A DNA stretch of 64,000 bases from Hyphochytrium catenoides (taxonomy: Eukaryota; Protista; Hyphochytriomycota): assembly GCA_900088475.1 (NCBI GenBank), contig FLMG01003914.1:1-64000 (forward strand). Direction: 5' to 3'. The notes below the pieces were generated by a model that searched no databases, was not told where the DNA came from, and saw only the letters and a program-made list of their open reading frames with translations. Made by a program: the position numbers and the translations under genes. This document shows, one piece after another, positions 18,369-30,891 of this stretch; positions within the stretch are counted from its first letter, which is position 1; the number at the start of each line of letters is the position of its first letter.

Positions 18369-20047
18369 GATGAGAAACCAATTTGATCTACTGGCTTATG
18401 CTAAACGCCTTGCAACTCTTGCCTTGTGACCGAGCGGAAAGAATAGAGGAGACTGCTCTTCGGATCAATCACTGTCCTGGGTACAGTCAACTTTGCTTGA
18501 CTTTTAGCAGGCAATTTGGATAATGACGAGGGAGACTGGTGATTGACGAGAAGAACAAGACCAATGTCCCCTAAGATAGAAAGAATAATAGCACTAGTCG
18601 TGGTGCCACTGCCGGATCCTCTCTCGCAGGCCGCGACCTCTGCCTCTATGACCGACTATTGTTCCGTTTGGACGTTGGATGGGTTGCCTGAGAGGGACAT
18701 CAAAGATTGTAGAAGATCAAAAGGCTGCTTCGCATCTTCCTGTCAAGATGACGGGACTGCGAGGGTGACTCTTTCCCTTCCAACCTTCTAGGAGAGCTGG
18801 CAGCAGCAGCGAGCGCGAGGATCAGAGGAGAAAGCAGCAGCAGCAGCAGCATAAGAGGGCTCACGCTGCATGATGGACCTGGCTGACTGATGATTGAGAT
18901 AGCAAGGGGAAAAGCTAATGATAGCCTTGGTTGGTGACAACCCTGCCGCTTTCTCATGAGGGTTGGTGACGGTCGTGGCGGCGCCGTATATCATGCATTG
19001 GAGGGGTGGAGTGAAGGGGTAGGGGACTTTAGAACAAGCTTGCTGCTTCGATCATCATGATTCTTCGCTTCTCGGCGCTCCTCCTCCATGTTCCTCCTAC
19101 TCGCCCTGCACCTTGTTTGTCCTCGTACAGAACAAATAAATTGTTATTTTACGTCTCAAGAACAAAAAAGAAGATCTGGCCCTGTGCCAGGGAGCGGGCA
19201 GCAGGAAGAATCTTAGGTCTGCTGCTGCATAATGGAGGAGAGGGTGGTGGGCGGAGGAGGAGGAGGAAGATGAGAAACGACGTTGGCTGGAGGGCTTCGG
19301 TGCAAGGGCTTTAGGACGACAACAACAATGAAGCCACAGAGATCCGACAGCTGTTGGCCGCTGTGTGAGCGGTACCTGGAGCAGCAAGCAAGCAACAACA
19401 GCAGTGGCAGCAGCAGCAGCAGCAGGAACAGAGTGTTGGTCCCAGAAAAGAACAAAGAAGAAGAATCATCGTGGACTCATCACCAGGTCGAAACGCCACA
19501 CACCCCACTCCGCCTCCCCACCTTCCTTCTCTAGTTCTCTAGTTGGCCTTCTCTATATCATTGCGGGAACTGAGAATTAGTTACCAGACACTTACCAATA
19601 CTATGATAACTAGGACAGGGGCGGCGTTTAGTGTTCGCCAAGTTGCCGTGTTCGGCGCTGTGTGACCTTCATGACATCGTGTCTTGGTCTTCCCTAATCT
19701 CAGTATTTTGAGACTATGTGAAGCTGTTATCTTGGCATGGAGGAAGATCATGCGTCACTGTGGGGCCACTCTGTGCAGGATCATAAGTCGCTGATCGCTA
19801 AAGATTTCCCATGCGCAACAGACGTATAGTAAGGCTTATTCGCTGATAATGAATGGCGAGCTGCCTGGCTGCTGTGGGTCCAAGCTATAGCATAGCCCTT
19901 ACGGGTAACGTTTGCCTATCCTCGCCGGCAATGTCATCGCAGCCAGCTTAGCTCCGGCTGCGGACCATTCAAGCAGACGCCAGTGGGTTCAGCACTGTCT
20001 GACAACTAAGTGACTACGAACTTGGGCACAGCAGGGGCTGGTAAACC

Positions 20048-23000
20048 ATGGAAGACTCATCTGACAAGAGTGATGGTACCGTCATATATCGCGTCACCCT
20101 ACCAGAAAAAGGGAAAGTACTTCATCGACGATCTCTCGAGCTTGAGAACAGACAGCTTCTCAATGACAGAGACTGGCTGTCCAGAGTCCCCGGCGGTAAG
20201 GAGCAAGTCCTTTCTCCCGTTTCTTTTGGTCCTATTTGTTTTATTTGTTGCATGCAGCTCTGCTTGTCATTGCCTCTTCCGATCTGGTATGTCTGACCTC
20301 GTTCTCTCTCCTCAGGGCTCTTTTATGCCTTACTCTCAACTGGCACTGCAGCCACCATCCTGGGAGGAATGTTTCTCTATTACTTGTGCGTTCTTCTCTT
20401 TGCGGAGCTACTTTACACCTGCGAAAAGGACAGGTATGTGCTCATGGTTAGCCTTCAGCTTCTACTAAGGATGTGTATCTGCTCGGCTCAAGATGGATAC
20501 TGTGGCCTAACAATTGGGGATCCCTTGCAGTTCATCAGGTTATAGCTTTTTAGACAGCTTTCGCCTGAGCATTCAGAGCTTTGCCACCATTGGTAAGGCA
20601 CAAAGTTTAGCATTGTCAATCATAAAACTACGATTCATCGCGCGCTCTTGTCCCATGAGTTTTCCATAATCTACGAACCACTCCTCTCTAATCGCAATCC
20701 TTGCCCATCCACCCACTGCGATGATGTTCCCCTCATAGGCTCCTGTCTATACCTACCACTTTTCGCTTCTGGACTTCCAATCGTCCTCTCCCTCCATCCC
20801 TTTGAGTGACTCTGATTCTTGCTATCTAAGCGATCACATGGTGATCTCTGTCCCTGCATTGCTCTTCGTGGTTCTAGGCTTTGGATATTTGTATCCCACG
20901 AACATGTGCAGCAACTTTGTGATCATGGGAGGGGTAGTGGTACAAATTCTGTTGGTTTCCTTCGTCCTGGGCATCATCTTCGCCAAGGTCACGCGTCCCG
21001 AGGCGCACATAGAGTTCAGCTCGGTAAGTACGGGAAGGTAGACGTTTTGCTCTGAGCGCTGAAGATAGACTGCCAAGAGAAGAAGATAGATAGTGCTACA
21101 TGCGGAAAGCGTCAATTGACCAAGAGGAGGATCCGGGCACTTTGTAGGTCGTTGGTCCCTCAAGAGTCAAGAGTAAAAGAGGGAACTTATTAGTAAAGTG
21201 AGGGTGCCAGATGTCATTCATTTTGAGCCGAACGCTGTTACAAATAGCTTTGCACAGTCCTTATCCATCTGTCTCTCTCTTTCAGGTGATGGCTCTCGGT
21301 CTTGTGGACAGCAGACCTCAGCTGAGCTGTCGGCTGGTCTGCACTTTCCCTTCGAGAAAGGTGGCCTTCGGAGAAATCCTTCATCTCAACTGCATGGCGA
21401 TTCTCTATAGACTGGAGGTGAGGCAATGGATGTAGTGTCTCAACTTAGTTCCAATATCTCTCTATACGCAATCTATGCGTTGTCGACTTTCGGGCTGTGG
21501 TTCATGTTAACGATTACTCCTTACTCGAACTGCAGAAAGATGATCTTGAGATGCCAGTAGTGAAGGAGTATCGGCTGGAGTTGGAGGAGGATAACTTCAC
21601 TAGCTTCAGGTGCGCCCTACGAAGTGCCCCATTCTCGTACCATTTCTTGGCGTTTGGCTTCCATCCTTAAACCTGAATCACGCCGCAGTTTTGGTACATC
21701 TTGCTCTTGAATCTACTGTCTTTGCCAAAACAAGTGTTCGGCGGTCCATGGTCATCTAAGCTAAGCTGAGCTGATTCCAGGTTTGCTCTTACTCTATCCC
21801 ACATCATACGGAGGACGTCTCCCTTCTATAAAATGAGTCAAGAGGTGAGAGAGTAAGCAGTGGGCCCATGCTCATTCAGTCGCTTGCGGTCCACCGCGTC
21901 GTGTCCAATTCTATGTACCTCTCCTTTGGGCATGTTTTCCGGGCAGTGTGAACCTAGGCAAAGGCTTCCAAGTACTTCCGGGATTGCGGCTAAGCATATC
22001 TTTCTAGGAGTTTTTTGCCCAAGACGCGGTTATAGAGGTGTTCGCCTCTGGAATTGATACCGCCTCTCAGAAAGCCGTAAACATCAAGACGACTTACTCC
22101 ATTGGAGATGTGCGCTGGGGAAAGGCATTTGAGCGAATGGTGAATGAGACAATTCTTATCAGTACTTGTCCGTCCACTCTTCATCTCAAGTGTACCTAAC
22201 TTTCATACAACTATACACCTTCGGCATCTTCCTGTTACTCGATGCTGCCTCGAGCTCCGCAGAACTCTCCTCCGCTAACGACAATGACTTCTCGTCTTTT
22301 AGCTCAGTCTAATACTCCGCTGTCGTGCCTATGACCTGCACGTTCTTCTCCTTCAATCACTAGGTCACATTGCAAAAGGACAGGGCTGAGATTGTGCAGG
22401 ACTTTGACTTATTAGACGCTCTGAAAGATGCACCGCTGTCCCCGGGTGCGTCGCCTCCCTCGGTTGTCATAGAACGAAGGTAAGGAGGTTGAGGCTCCGC
22501 TTAGCATAAATGCAAAGAGAGCTAGCTCCTGTTGTGCCTAAAAGGAGGAATGTCAGTCTCTCGCCTCTCTATCTCCTCCCTAGCGAATCTCCTCTTTAGG
22601 AACTTAGAATCACTTTGAAGAGTTTTGACTTCTACCTCGGCTGCACTTTGACTCAACCTCTCGTTGCGCTGTGCCACTAGCTTTCCCAATCTCAGGCCTG
22701 CTCTTCCTCATTGGAAAAGCGACAGCGCTCTAGGCCATCTTGAATATAGGTGGGACCAACAGTTGCACGAAGGGCATTGAAAGCTTGCTCAGTCCGGGGC
22801 CATGTCTTCTTCCGGGTCTTTGTTGTTTGAAGTCCATGTTCCCCAATGCAACTCTACAGATGATGATGCAGTGGTTCCCCTATCTCTCCCTCTGATGGAT
22901 CTTTATGAGACTCTATGTCCTTGGCCTTTGCCCTATAAAATGCCTCTGCGAGGTCGATGGCCTACCGCACGAATGTGCACTGGTCTCCGCCAGACTGGCC

Positions 23001-25463
23001 CTTACTGTTCACTTTGCCATTGACATGCTAATGGAGTTGAACGTCTACCAACTAACCTGTTCTCCACACCAGTGCAATGTCAACGCCGATTCGCAAGCCT
23101 GAATCTCCTCTAACTCTTTCCACTCGAGTCGGTTATTCTACCTTCGAACCAGTAAGAGAGTGTCCAGAGGAGAACGGAAGCTTGAAGAATGACGAACAAG
23201 AGACAGCTGCCTCAAGCCCGTCGCAAGAACCCCTTAACCTGCAACTGGGTGAGGAAGAAGAGCATAAAGAAAGTGCGAAAGAAGCAAGAAAGAAGAGGGT
23301 TCTACGCCGCATCCGCCATCCTTTCTTGCTGCTCTCAACGGGAGTCGGGGTAAGATGTGAAGCGACGGAAAATCCACTTAGCGCTGCTAGTCTGAGAGAG
23401 CAAGCACTTTAATTCTTTCTCAAATATCCCCCATAGCGTCCATCCTGCAGGTCCTTTCGGGTCCTCTTAGCTTATCCCACTGTTGCTCTTTCCCACTCTA
23501 CCGTAGGAGCGCGTCGAGGGCCGCCCATACCTCTGGTATACACGGGTTCAGCTCAAGAACAAACGGTTTCTGTCACGGACACGATTCTACTACTGGCTCC
23601 TCTCTCTTCGCTTCTACCAGCACCTCCTGGCAATGACCCTGCTCATCCTCTTTGTCATTTTCATCTTCGGACTCCTCTTTTACGCACAGGTTTGAGCAAG
23701 ACCTTTATTAAAGCCACTATCTGCGCTAATCCTCTCTTTCTTCTTCTCTATCGACATTTTTCGCCTGCTTGGCGGGTCTATAGCCTGAGTCGGTGACAGC
23801 GTATGAGATCTTACAGCAGAATTTGACCCGCTTCTGGCGGTGTGTTTTCATGAGCCTTCAAGTCATGTCGACAATAGGGTGCGCATTCAGACTCTCCCAT
23901 TATGTCATTTAGCGTGACGTTACTCAGGTTCTGCGATGTCTTAGGATGTTGATCCACCCCTGACAACCACTTCCTCCTGCCCGATTAACCATATCACTCT
24001 ATATTCATTTTTCTTTTGGACTGATCGCAGAGACAACTTTATCTCATCTCTATCTCAACCTCACACTCGCGGATCTTGTCTTCCTTTCGGTCATCGATAG
24101 AGGGCTCCCGTGTGCCTCTTAACTTGTCCACATACAACGTATTTACTCGTGCTCTGACTCTGCTCTCATCTCATTTATCACTCCCTTATCACTAGATATG
24201 GGGCAATGTATTCTGAGACAAACTGGGGTAACTTCCTCATCGCCATGGAGACGATGTCTGGGCTTTTCACGACTGCTATTGTGACAGGTAAGACACATGG
24301 GAAGGCCGAATTGGTCTCCGTCAAGGCTAGAAGAGAGCGATCGGCAGGCAGCTTTGCATAGTGACTGACTGCCTTTTCCGTCCATGTGTCCCCATTGTCT
24401 GGCAACCAGGCCTAACCTGGAGCAGTGCCTCTACTCCGAATGCTCGCCTGAGGTGGAGCAATCAGGTGGCTCTCCTAGAGGGCAAGAAGGGAGAGCGATT
24501 TCTTGCTTTCCGCTGCATGAACCTAAGACGACGGGGTGGGCTCACCCATTGCTCCTTCAGGTACTCCCTTAATAAGGAAGATTGAACTGCTCTGCGGCAC
24601 CGGTCGTGTCGCCTTCTCACTCTATTGACCTTTATGTGGTCAGGGTTGGCGTTTCTAGAGATGCGTCGTCATGTGCCTCCCATTATTGTCTCACTTTTAG
24701 CTGAGCTCCAGTGTTGGACCTCTGCAACAGCTCCGCAATCAAGACTTCTGTCTCTTTTTCTGCTCATGAGTTTGTCCTCTCTCTGTCGCGTCTTCCTCAC
24801 CTCTTACTTCCCTCTTAGAGTCTGTATCGTCACCGAGAAGGGTAACCTGGGACAGCGTGAGCTGGAGCTAGAGCGGTCAGAATTCGAAAGCTTCGCTACC
24901 CCACTTGTCCTTCTGCATCGAATTAACCGCAAGAGTCCTCTGTCCCGACTGGACCTTGAAGAGCTAACACGACTTAGAGATGGAGGTGAGCGAAGAGGCA
25001 ATATAGACCCAAGTTTAAGAAGCGATTGAGGTTGGGAAGAGTTCCTTGCAGCACCCGCGAGGAGCGGCAACTAAATTGGTCAAGGGAAGGATATTAAGGA
25101 AGGAGGGATGTGTGGAGAAAAGATGGGACATGGAAGAGATAACTCATTTACATTAGATCCTAACCGCCTCTCTCGCTCCTTCTGCCTTCTCCCTCTTTCT
25201 TCATCTTCTGCATGGCCCGTCCTGTCATCTTACATTCTCTCCGCGTAGCATTCCTGATGCGAGTCCTGTTCACTGCTTTTGACTCCATCTACAACGACAA
25301 TGTCTATGAAGTGCATACGTACCGGTTGGAGGACATCATGATGGGATCCTGCTTCGTCCCTTGCGCGCATCTGAAGTCAAGTGGCTTAGAGGTAGATATG
25401 GACAAGTTTGATCCGCTGCCAGACAAGGAGTGTACCTCCCATGACAGAATAAGAGTTGTATAG
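20048..25463 (+). CDS. Inward-rectifier K+ channel (Kir) with two complete Kir units in tandem (about 16 exons)
   Basis: Unit 1: TM1 LFYALL..YYLCVLLFAELLY, pore SFRLSIQSFATIG|FGYLYP, TM2 ..VLGIIFAKVTRPEAHIEFSS, cytoplasmic domain ..LSHIIRRTSPFY..IEVFASGIDTASQKAVNIKTTYSIGDVRWGKAF. Unit 2: FYYWLLSLRFYQHLLAMTLLILFVIFIFGLLFY, VFMSLQVMSTIG|YGAMYS, NARLRWSNQVAL..LAFRCMNLR, LLHRINRKSPL, VLFTAFDSIYNDNVYEVHTYRLEDIMMGSCF..VDMDKFD. An in-frame TAA precedes ATG 20048; stop TAG ends at 25463. Confidence 0.85.
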
Positions 25464-25668
25464 GCGCGGAGACCAACCATGTGCAGCTCTTACCAACGTT
25501 CTTGGCAGTCAATATGGCGCTAGAAGTAAGGCATGCCATATAACGAGGTATAGGACGAGGATGCAATGCAAAAGTGGTCTAATCTTTCTTTACAATGTGT
25601 ATGTACAGCTATCAATAGAAAAGGGAGGGTCACATGACTCTTCTGGGAGTTACACATTTGGTCTCTAA

Positions 25669-28600
25669 CTAACTGTTGAGATCCAGACAGTTTCTGACGG
25701 CTTGAACAAGGTCTGTGGGCTCTAATAGCGTGAACTCCGTCACCTCTTTCATTGCCGTTGGGTCATAACGCTGGCTGCGCTGCCAAGAGTCGAACGACTT
25801 TGACAACACAAAGCATAAGTAGGGGGAGAAGCGGAGGAAAATGACCTCAGTACAAGGATATTCAATGGGAAACCAGTATAAGACTTATGGGAACTCTTTG
25901 ACCCTATGTCTGGCAAGACAAAGCCCTTGGAATTCATAAGAGAGGAAGAAAAGACTTCGAGGAAGAGAGACCCTAAGGACAGCAGAAGGCTGAACATATT
26001 ACCTTGAATAGAATCTCCATCTCCTTGAAGAAGTACGACTGCAGCTCTCCTGCACGGTGATCGATCCCGTCGATGCCAGTCCCTCCTCCACTACCTAAGA
26101 GTCATCAGGAAGTTAGCAGCTAGAGGGGAGGAACGTAGAGAGCAAGGACGGCTAGAGGGAGTGCCGTAGGAAACAGGGATAGAGGTCTGCAGGGTAAAGT
26201 TCGCGGAAGTCTTATTCGCTTTCGACCACATGTGAGTCAATTAAGCCCTCAAGTGAAGTACCGCCCAGGTTAAAGGGGCTAAAAACGTCAACGAAGCGCT
26301 CCATAGACATGAAGCGACAGCTAATGCTAGAGCTATGACATGAGGGACGAAGGGTATCTCCAAGACGCTTCTGGAGTTACCTCACGCGCAGAAGGAACTA
26401 GACGGGATAGGAGACAAAGGGGGTCAAACGCACCTCCAGATTGGTTACCAGCCGTCTGCGGAGAGGAAACAAAGGATCCAATGGGTGACGCGCTAACCGA
26501 GAGAGAAGGAGGAGGAGACGCAGCGTCAGGCGTAGGGTTGTTTGGGCTTTTGGAGGTCTGCGAGAGGGACTTGAGGCGCATAGAGCCTTGCTCCGTCCGC
26601 AATTCAACCAAAATGTGGTGAAGCTTGCTCCTCTGAAGCTGGAAGTAGCGCATGTAGAGTACCGCAGAGCACTTGTAGCTACCGCGCAACACAGAGGGCG
26701 AACGTAAGAAAAGGAAGGATTAGGCCCAATAGCATGTCGCCTGTCATCCATAGCCCGAGTGCCGTCCACCGACCGCTAATCCGTAACTCTTAACGCGCAG
26801 GGAGCCTAAGACGTGACCCATACCTCTTCCACACTCTCTCTCCCTTCTTCTCTTTTCTCTCTTTCCTTCTTTCTTGGCCTGCGCATGTACCTAATGGCGG
26901 CCTTTGTTTTGTCCTGGACCTCTAAGAACTGGTGTGCACAGAAGTTGAAGAGGTCGGCAGTGGTAGAGAAAGTGCCCAGAGCCGTGCTGATCATATGCTT
27001 GGCCTTTAAGCTATCTCCTGCAGATTTGTAGGCCGTGGAGCAGTTCTAGACATCGCGAAGAGTGAGTAGTGAGACAAGAAACATAAGGCAAACCAGAGCA
27101 CATCAAGTATGGCTCTTATGCGAACGTATTATAACGCAAGTCAGGTGGGAAGGGTGCGCCCAGCGAGAAATGAGACCAAGGACGGACATGGCGGGACATA
27201 CCCCGAGCTCCACAGCATGTTCCACAAACTTCAATCCCGCCTGGAGATAGAGAAGCGCTCGCTTTGCTTTGTCTTCTCTCTGTCGTGCGGAAACGTGGAA
27301 GATGAGGAGAGAAGGACAATCCTATCTGAGACAGAAGGTATGCGAACAGAACAGTGAAGATATAGCAGCTACTTGCATCGCTTACCCTTTTGTCAGCTTC
27401 GTGCTTCAATGATATTGCATCAGCTTTGAGTCTTTCCGCCGCCTCCTTCAGCTCCCTCTATATAAGGCAAGATATGGATTGGTGGGTCAGAACGGCCGTG
27501 TTAGCAAACTCCAGATGAGCTCAAAGGACGGCTTTCAGGGACACAAAGCTGGAGATGGACAACAGAAAACATTGGCAAGACATCGAGGATAATAACGACT
27601 AAGGAGTAGGCCCAAAATGTAGAAGGCGACACTGACGGAATCCTCGTGTTATTCGAGGCTAATAGTGAGGAACTCAAGGCCAGAGAACAGGAGACAACTT
27701 TGTCTTATCGTTTCCTCTATCTGGCCACAACAGATGTATCTTACACAGATCGAAGAGAAGGGGCCCCACATAAAGGCCTATGTCTTACCAGGCTACGCTC
27801 GGTTGCAGGCTTTGACCTCTTGCTCTCCACCTTAGAAGGATACTCGGTCAGAAAGACTCGCAAGGCTTGATGAGAAATCACCTCCACAAGACCGTCTGTC
27901 ATACCTGACCAACAGCGGCCGTGTCCTCATTCTTCCTCTTTCTTCTGTCTGCTGAGGCCTCAACGGATTTGACTCGAATATTGACCTTATCTAAGTCCTT
28001 AGCGGGCGCCGCAGGGGCCGCGGAGGAGCGTGAAGATGCTGTGGAGTCCCTTCTCTTCTTTTCCGACCTATCACCCTCCTTTGCTCTCTCTGTCATCCTA
28101 TCCCTGACCCGTTCTCGACCCCTTTCTTCATCGTTGCTTGTGGTAGTACTCCCTTTCCACTGAGGCTTCGAGGCTCTGCTCGCAGATTTCTCGTCTCTTG
28201 AGAAAGAGGACGATCTGGCAGGCCTCTCTCCATCTTTCTCTCTCTTCGCTGAAGAAACAGAACGAGATGACTTCTGTTCCTTTTCTTCTTCTCTTTCCCT
28301 CGGGCCAAGATCCTCTCTCGATCCTCTTCGATCTGAAGACCGGGAATCCTTGTCCCCAGCTTTCACCTTTTCATCAGCGTAAGAGCTCCGTCGCCGTCTC
28401 TCCTGAGATGCTGCCATGTCGCTACTGTCTTTTCGCTCCACTTTCGTTTCCTTTGTCCGTTCTCTCTTTTTCCCGTTCTCAACGTCTACGCTATGCGGCA
28501 ATGCTTTTACCGGAGCTGACGCTTTACGGTTGTCCTCATGCTCAACTTTCTTCCCTCTTGTTTGCCTTGACAAAGCTTCCAGGGAGCTCGTAAGCTCTCT

Positions 28601-29948
28601 GGCAAACTCTCTTTCTTTGGGGCTCAAAGCGCTACCTGGCTTCTCCCGGTCTCTGAAAGGAGGATACATGCGACATGAGATATAGAAAGGAGTAGGAAAA
28701 AGGAGAGGGAGAGGGAGCAAAATGGACAGACACGAGAGAAGATAGGTTAAGTTAGGCGCCAGCACGAGAAAGTCCACAAAGGGCACTCACAAAAAGGAAG
28801 AGCTATCATTAGAGGAACTGTGCGTGGAACATGATCAGAGAGAGGAACAGGAGACTGACTGCCTTACTTTTTTTCCCGTTCCTCTCTCTTGGTTCTCTCC
28901 GGCGCCGCAATAGGTGCAACTTCACTCTTCCTCTCTCTTTGTAAGCTTGTCTCTTTGTCCATCTCCATTCTACCAGCGTCTCTTCTGCCAGACGACGACT
29001 TTGATTCTTTATTCGTGTCCTCTCGTTTCACAGCTAAACGAAGAAGCTTGTTCTTCATTGGTTCAGAGAGCTGCCGAGAGGAGAGGAAAGGAAGACATCA
29101 GCATAGGGAGAAAGAGAGAGAACTTATTGAGAGTCTGGGCGGTAATAGCTTGGGTGACCAAGAAGACAAGCAAAAGAAGGAATGCCACAAGAGAGTGAAA
29201 AGAGAACAGGTGACGTTGTAGGGAGAAGACTTGGGCGGGAAAGGGAGATATGAGGAGGGAGAGAGAGAGATGCCTTGAGGTGGCCAAAAGGCGAAAATAA
29301 GAGTAGCGAGAAAGAGAGACGTGTATGCAAGAGAAGGACAGAGAAGTCGGGCGAGGGCGTGGGAAGTGGTGTGAGAAGACGAGTTGGGCGCACCTTGTAC
29401 TCCGTTGAGCGCACTTCTTCTGGCGTCACCGCCACTATCTCCAGGGCATCTAGCTTCTGTCTTTCATCTGCAGGCTGCTCCTCCTCCTTCACTCTCTCTC
29501 TCTCTTCCAAGTCTTTCATTTCCACGTCGTCATCGTCATCCTCCAGGAGGGAGGAGGACAGCGCTAGGAAGATAGGTTTGTTATCCTCTTCATCTTCCTC
29601 TGGATGAAGCTCCTGTACGAGCGCCTCAGCTGGCTTCTCCTCTGATGCCTCATCCTTCTCATCAACAGGGCCATTGGCACTGCTGTTAGCTTGCTCCTTT
29701 TCCTCTCTAACCTTTCTCTCTTCTTCCTCGGGAGCCGGCTGGGTCGTCTCTACTGCCTCCGAGGTCTTCTCTACCTCCTCCTCTTCTTCGCCCTCAGATG
29801 AGTCGGACACCGAGCTCCTGTCACTTTCTCCGGAGGAAGAGGAAGAGGAGCTCTGGCTGTCTTTCTCTGTCCGCTGAACGTAGTGCTGAGCTGTCTTCCC
29901 TGCAGGCTTGATGGCCTTACGGCTTGAAACAAGGAGCTTTCTGGCCAT
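25669..29948 (-). CDS. AFF/AF4-FMR2-like protein: long charged S/K/E/R-rich region plus C-terminal TPR-like (CHD/THD) domain; 11 exons
   Basis: All junction phases were checked from ATG 29948. C-terminal domain: ELKEAAERLKADAISLKHEADKR|REDKAKRALLYLQAGLKFVEHA..FSTTADLFNFCAHQF..KAAISYKCSAVLYMRYFQLQR..SP-rich linker..LFKSFDSWQRS..TDLVQAVRNCL*. This follows the pattern of the AFF1-4 C-terminal homology domain and the C-terminus of plant CW-zinc-finger proteins, recognised from memory. Confidence 0.7.
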
Positions 29949-30040
29949 AGCTGTGTATATATGTACGCAAGCCTAACGATGCGCTTCCATGAGAACAGAA
30001 TGGGAGGGGAGAGAGAGGAGGAGAGAGAGAGAGAGAGGGG

Positions 30041-30072
<32 letters not shown>

Positions 30073-30639
30073 CAGAACAGAAAATGAAGGGGGAAGTGAA
30101 GATTCTTGGTCTCTCCAGAGTCAGTTCGCCTTGAACAGCTCGCAACCACTCAGGCCCTTCTAGCTTAATGCTACTTCTCTTTCAGGCAGACACCGAGAGG
30201 TCCAAATGCTTCAGAACTGAGTCTCCGTTCCTCCCCTGACCGTCTTGGGTCTCTTCCCCGTGTCGAAGAGAGGCGGGAATGAAGGACAAAAGCAAGGAGA
30301 CGATCCTTTCTCTCACGGAGGATGGTCAACAAGGCTCGCTCTCTTCGGTTTCGTCCTTACTTCTAACCTTCAAACGGTACCACGCAGCCTGGATGATGCA
30401 GACAGCTCTTTGGTGATAAGTGCGCTGCCTCCTCTCCTTGGCTTCTTATGAAGGGGTCTCTTTCTTGAGGACTGTCTCTTCCTTCTGTACGTGGGAGGGA
30501 GAGAGTGTGGGACAGGCAGGCGCTGTCTGTCTGCTGGATGAAAAGCAAGGAAGAGAGAGGGGGCAAATAGGAACCGAGAGAGAGAGAGAAAAGGGTAGAA
30601 GTTAGAAGAAAGGAGGCAGACAAGGAAGGGGATTACGTG

Positions 30640-30647
30640 AGCAGAGG

Positions 30648-30698
<51 letters not shown>

Positions 30699-30742
30699 AG
30701 AGCGAGAGAGAGAGAGAGCGAGAGCGAGCGAGGGAGGGAGAG

Positions 30743-30778
<36 letters not shown>

Positions 30779-30858
30779 GCCTAACGATCGGACAACACAG
30801 AAGGCTGAGAGACAGAGTGCGACAGACAGTCAAAGGAAAAGGAGTGTGGAAGTTATGG

Positions 30859-30886
<28 letters not shown>
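30640..30886. repeat. Long (GA)n / (GAGC)n microsatellite upstream of the AFF-like gene
   Basis: Near-continuous GA repeats at 30645-30775 and 30858-30886; another run at 30005-30070. Confidence 0.92.

Positions 30887-30891
<5 letters not shown>

Noticed and set aside
18700-19534. Short ORFs with poly-Leu or poly-Ser, one resembling a signal peptide; considered as an upstream Kir exon
   Set aside because: They arise from CAG repeats. An in-frame stop sits just before the Kir ATG at 20048 and no exon chain could be built.
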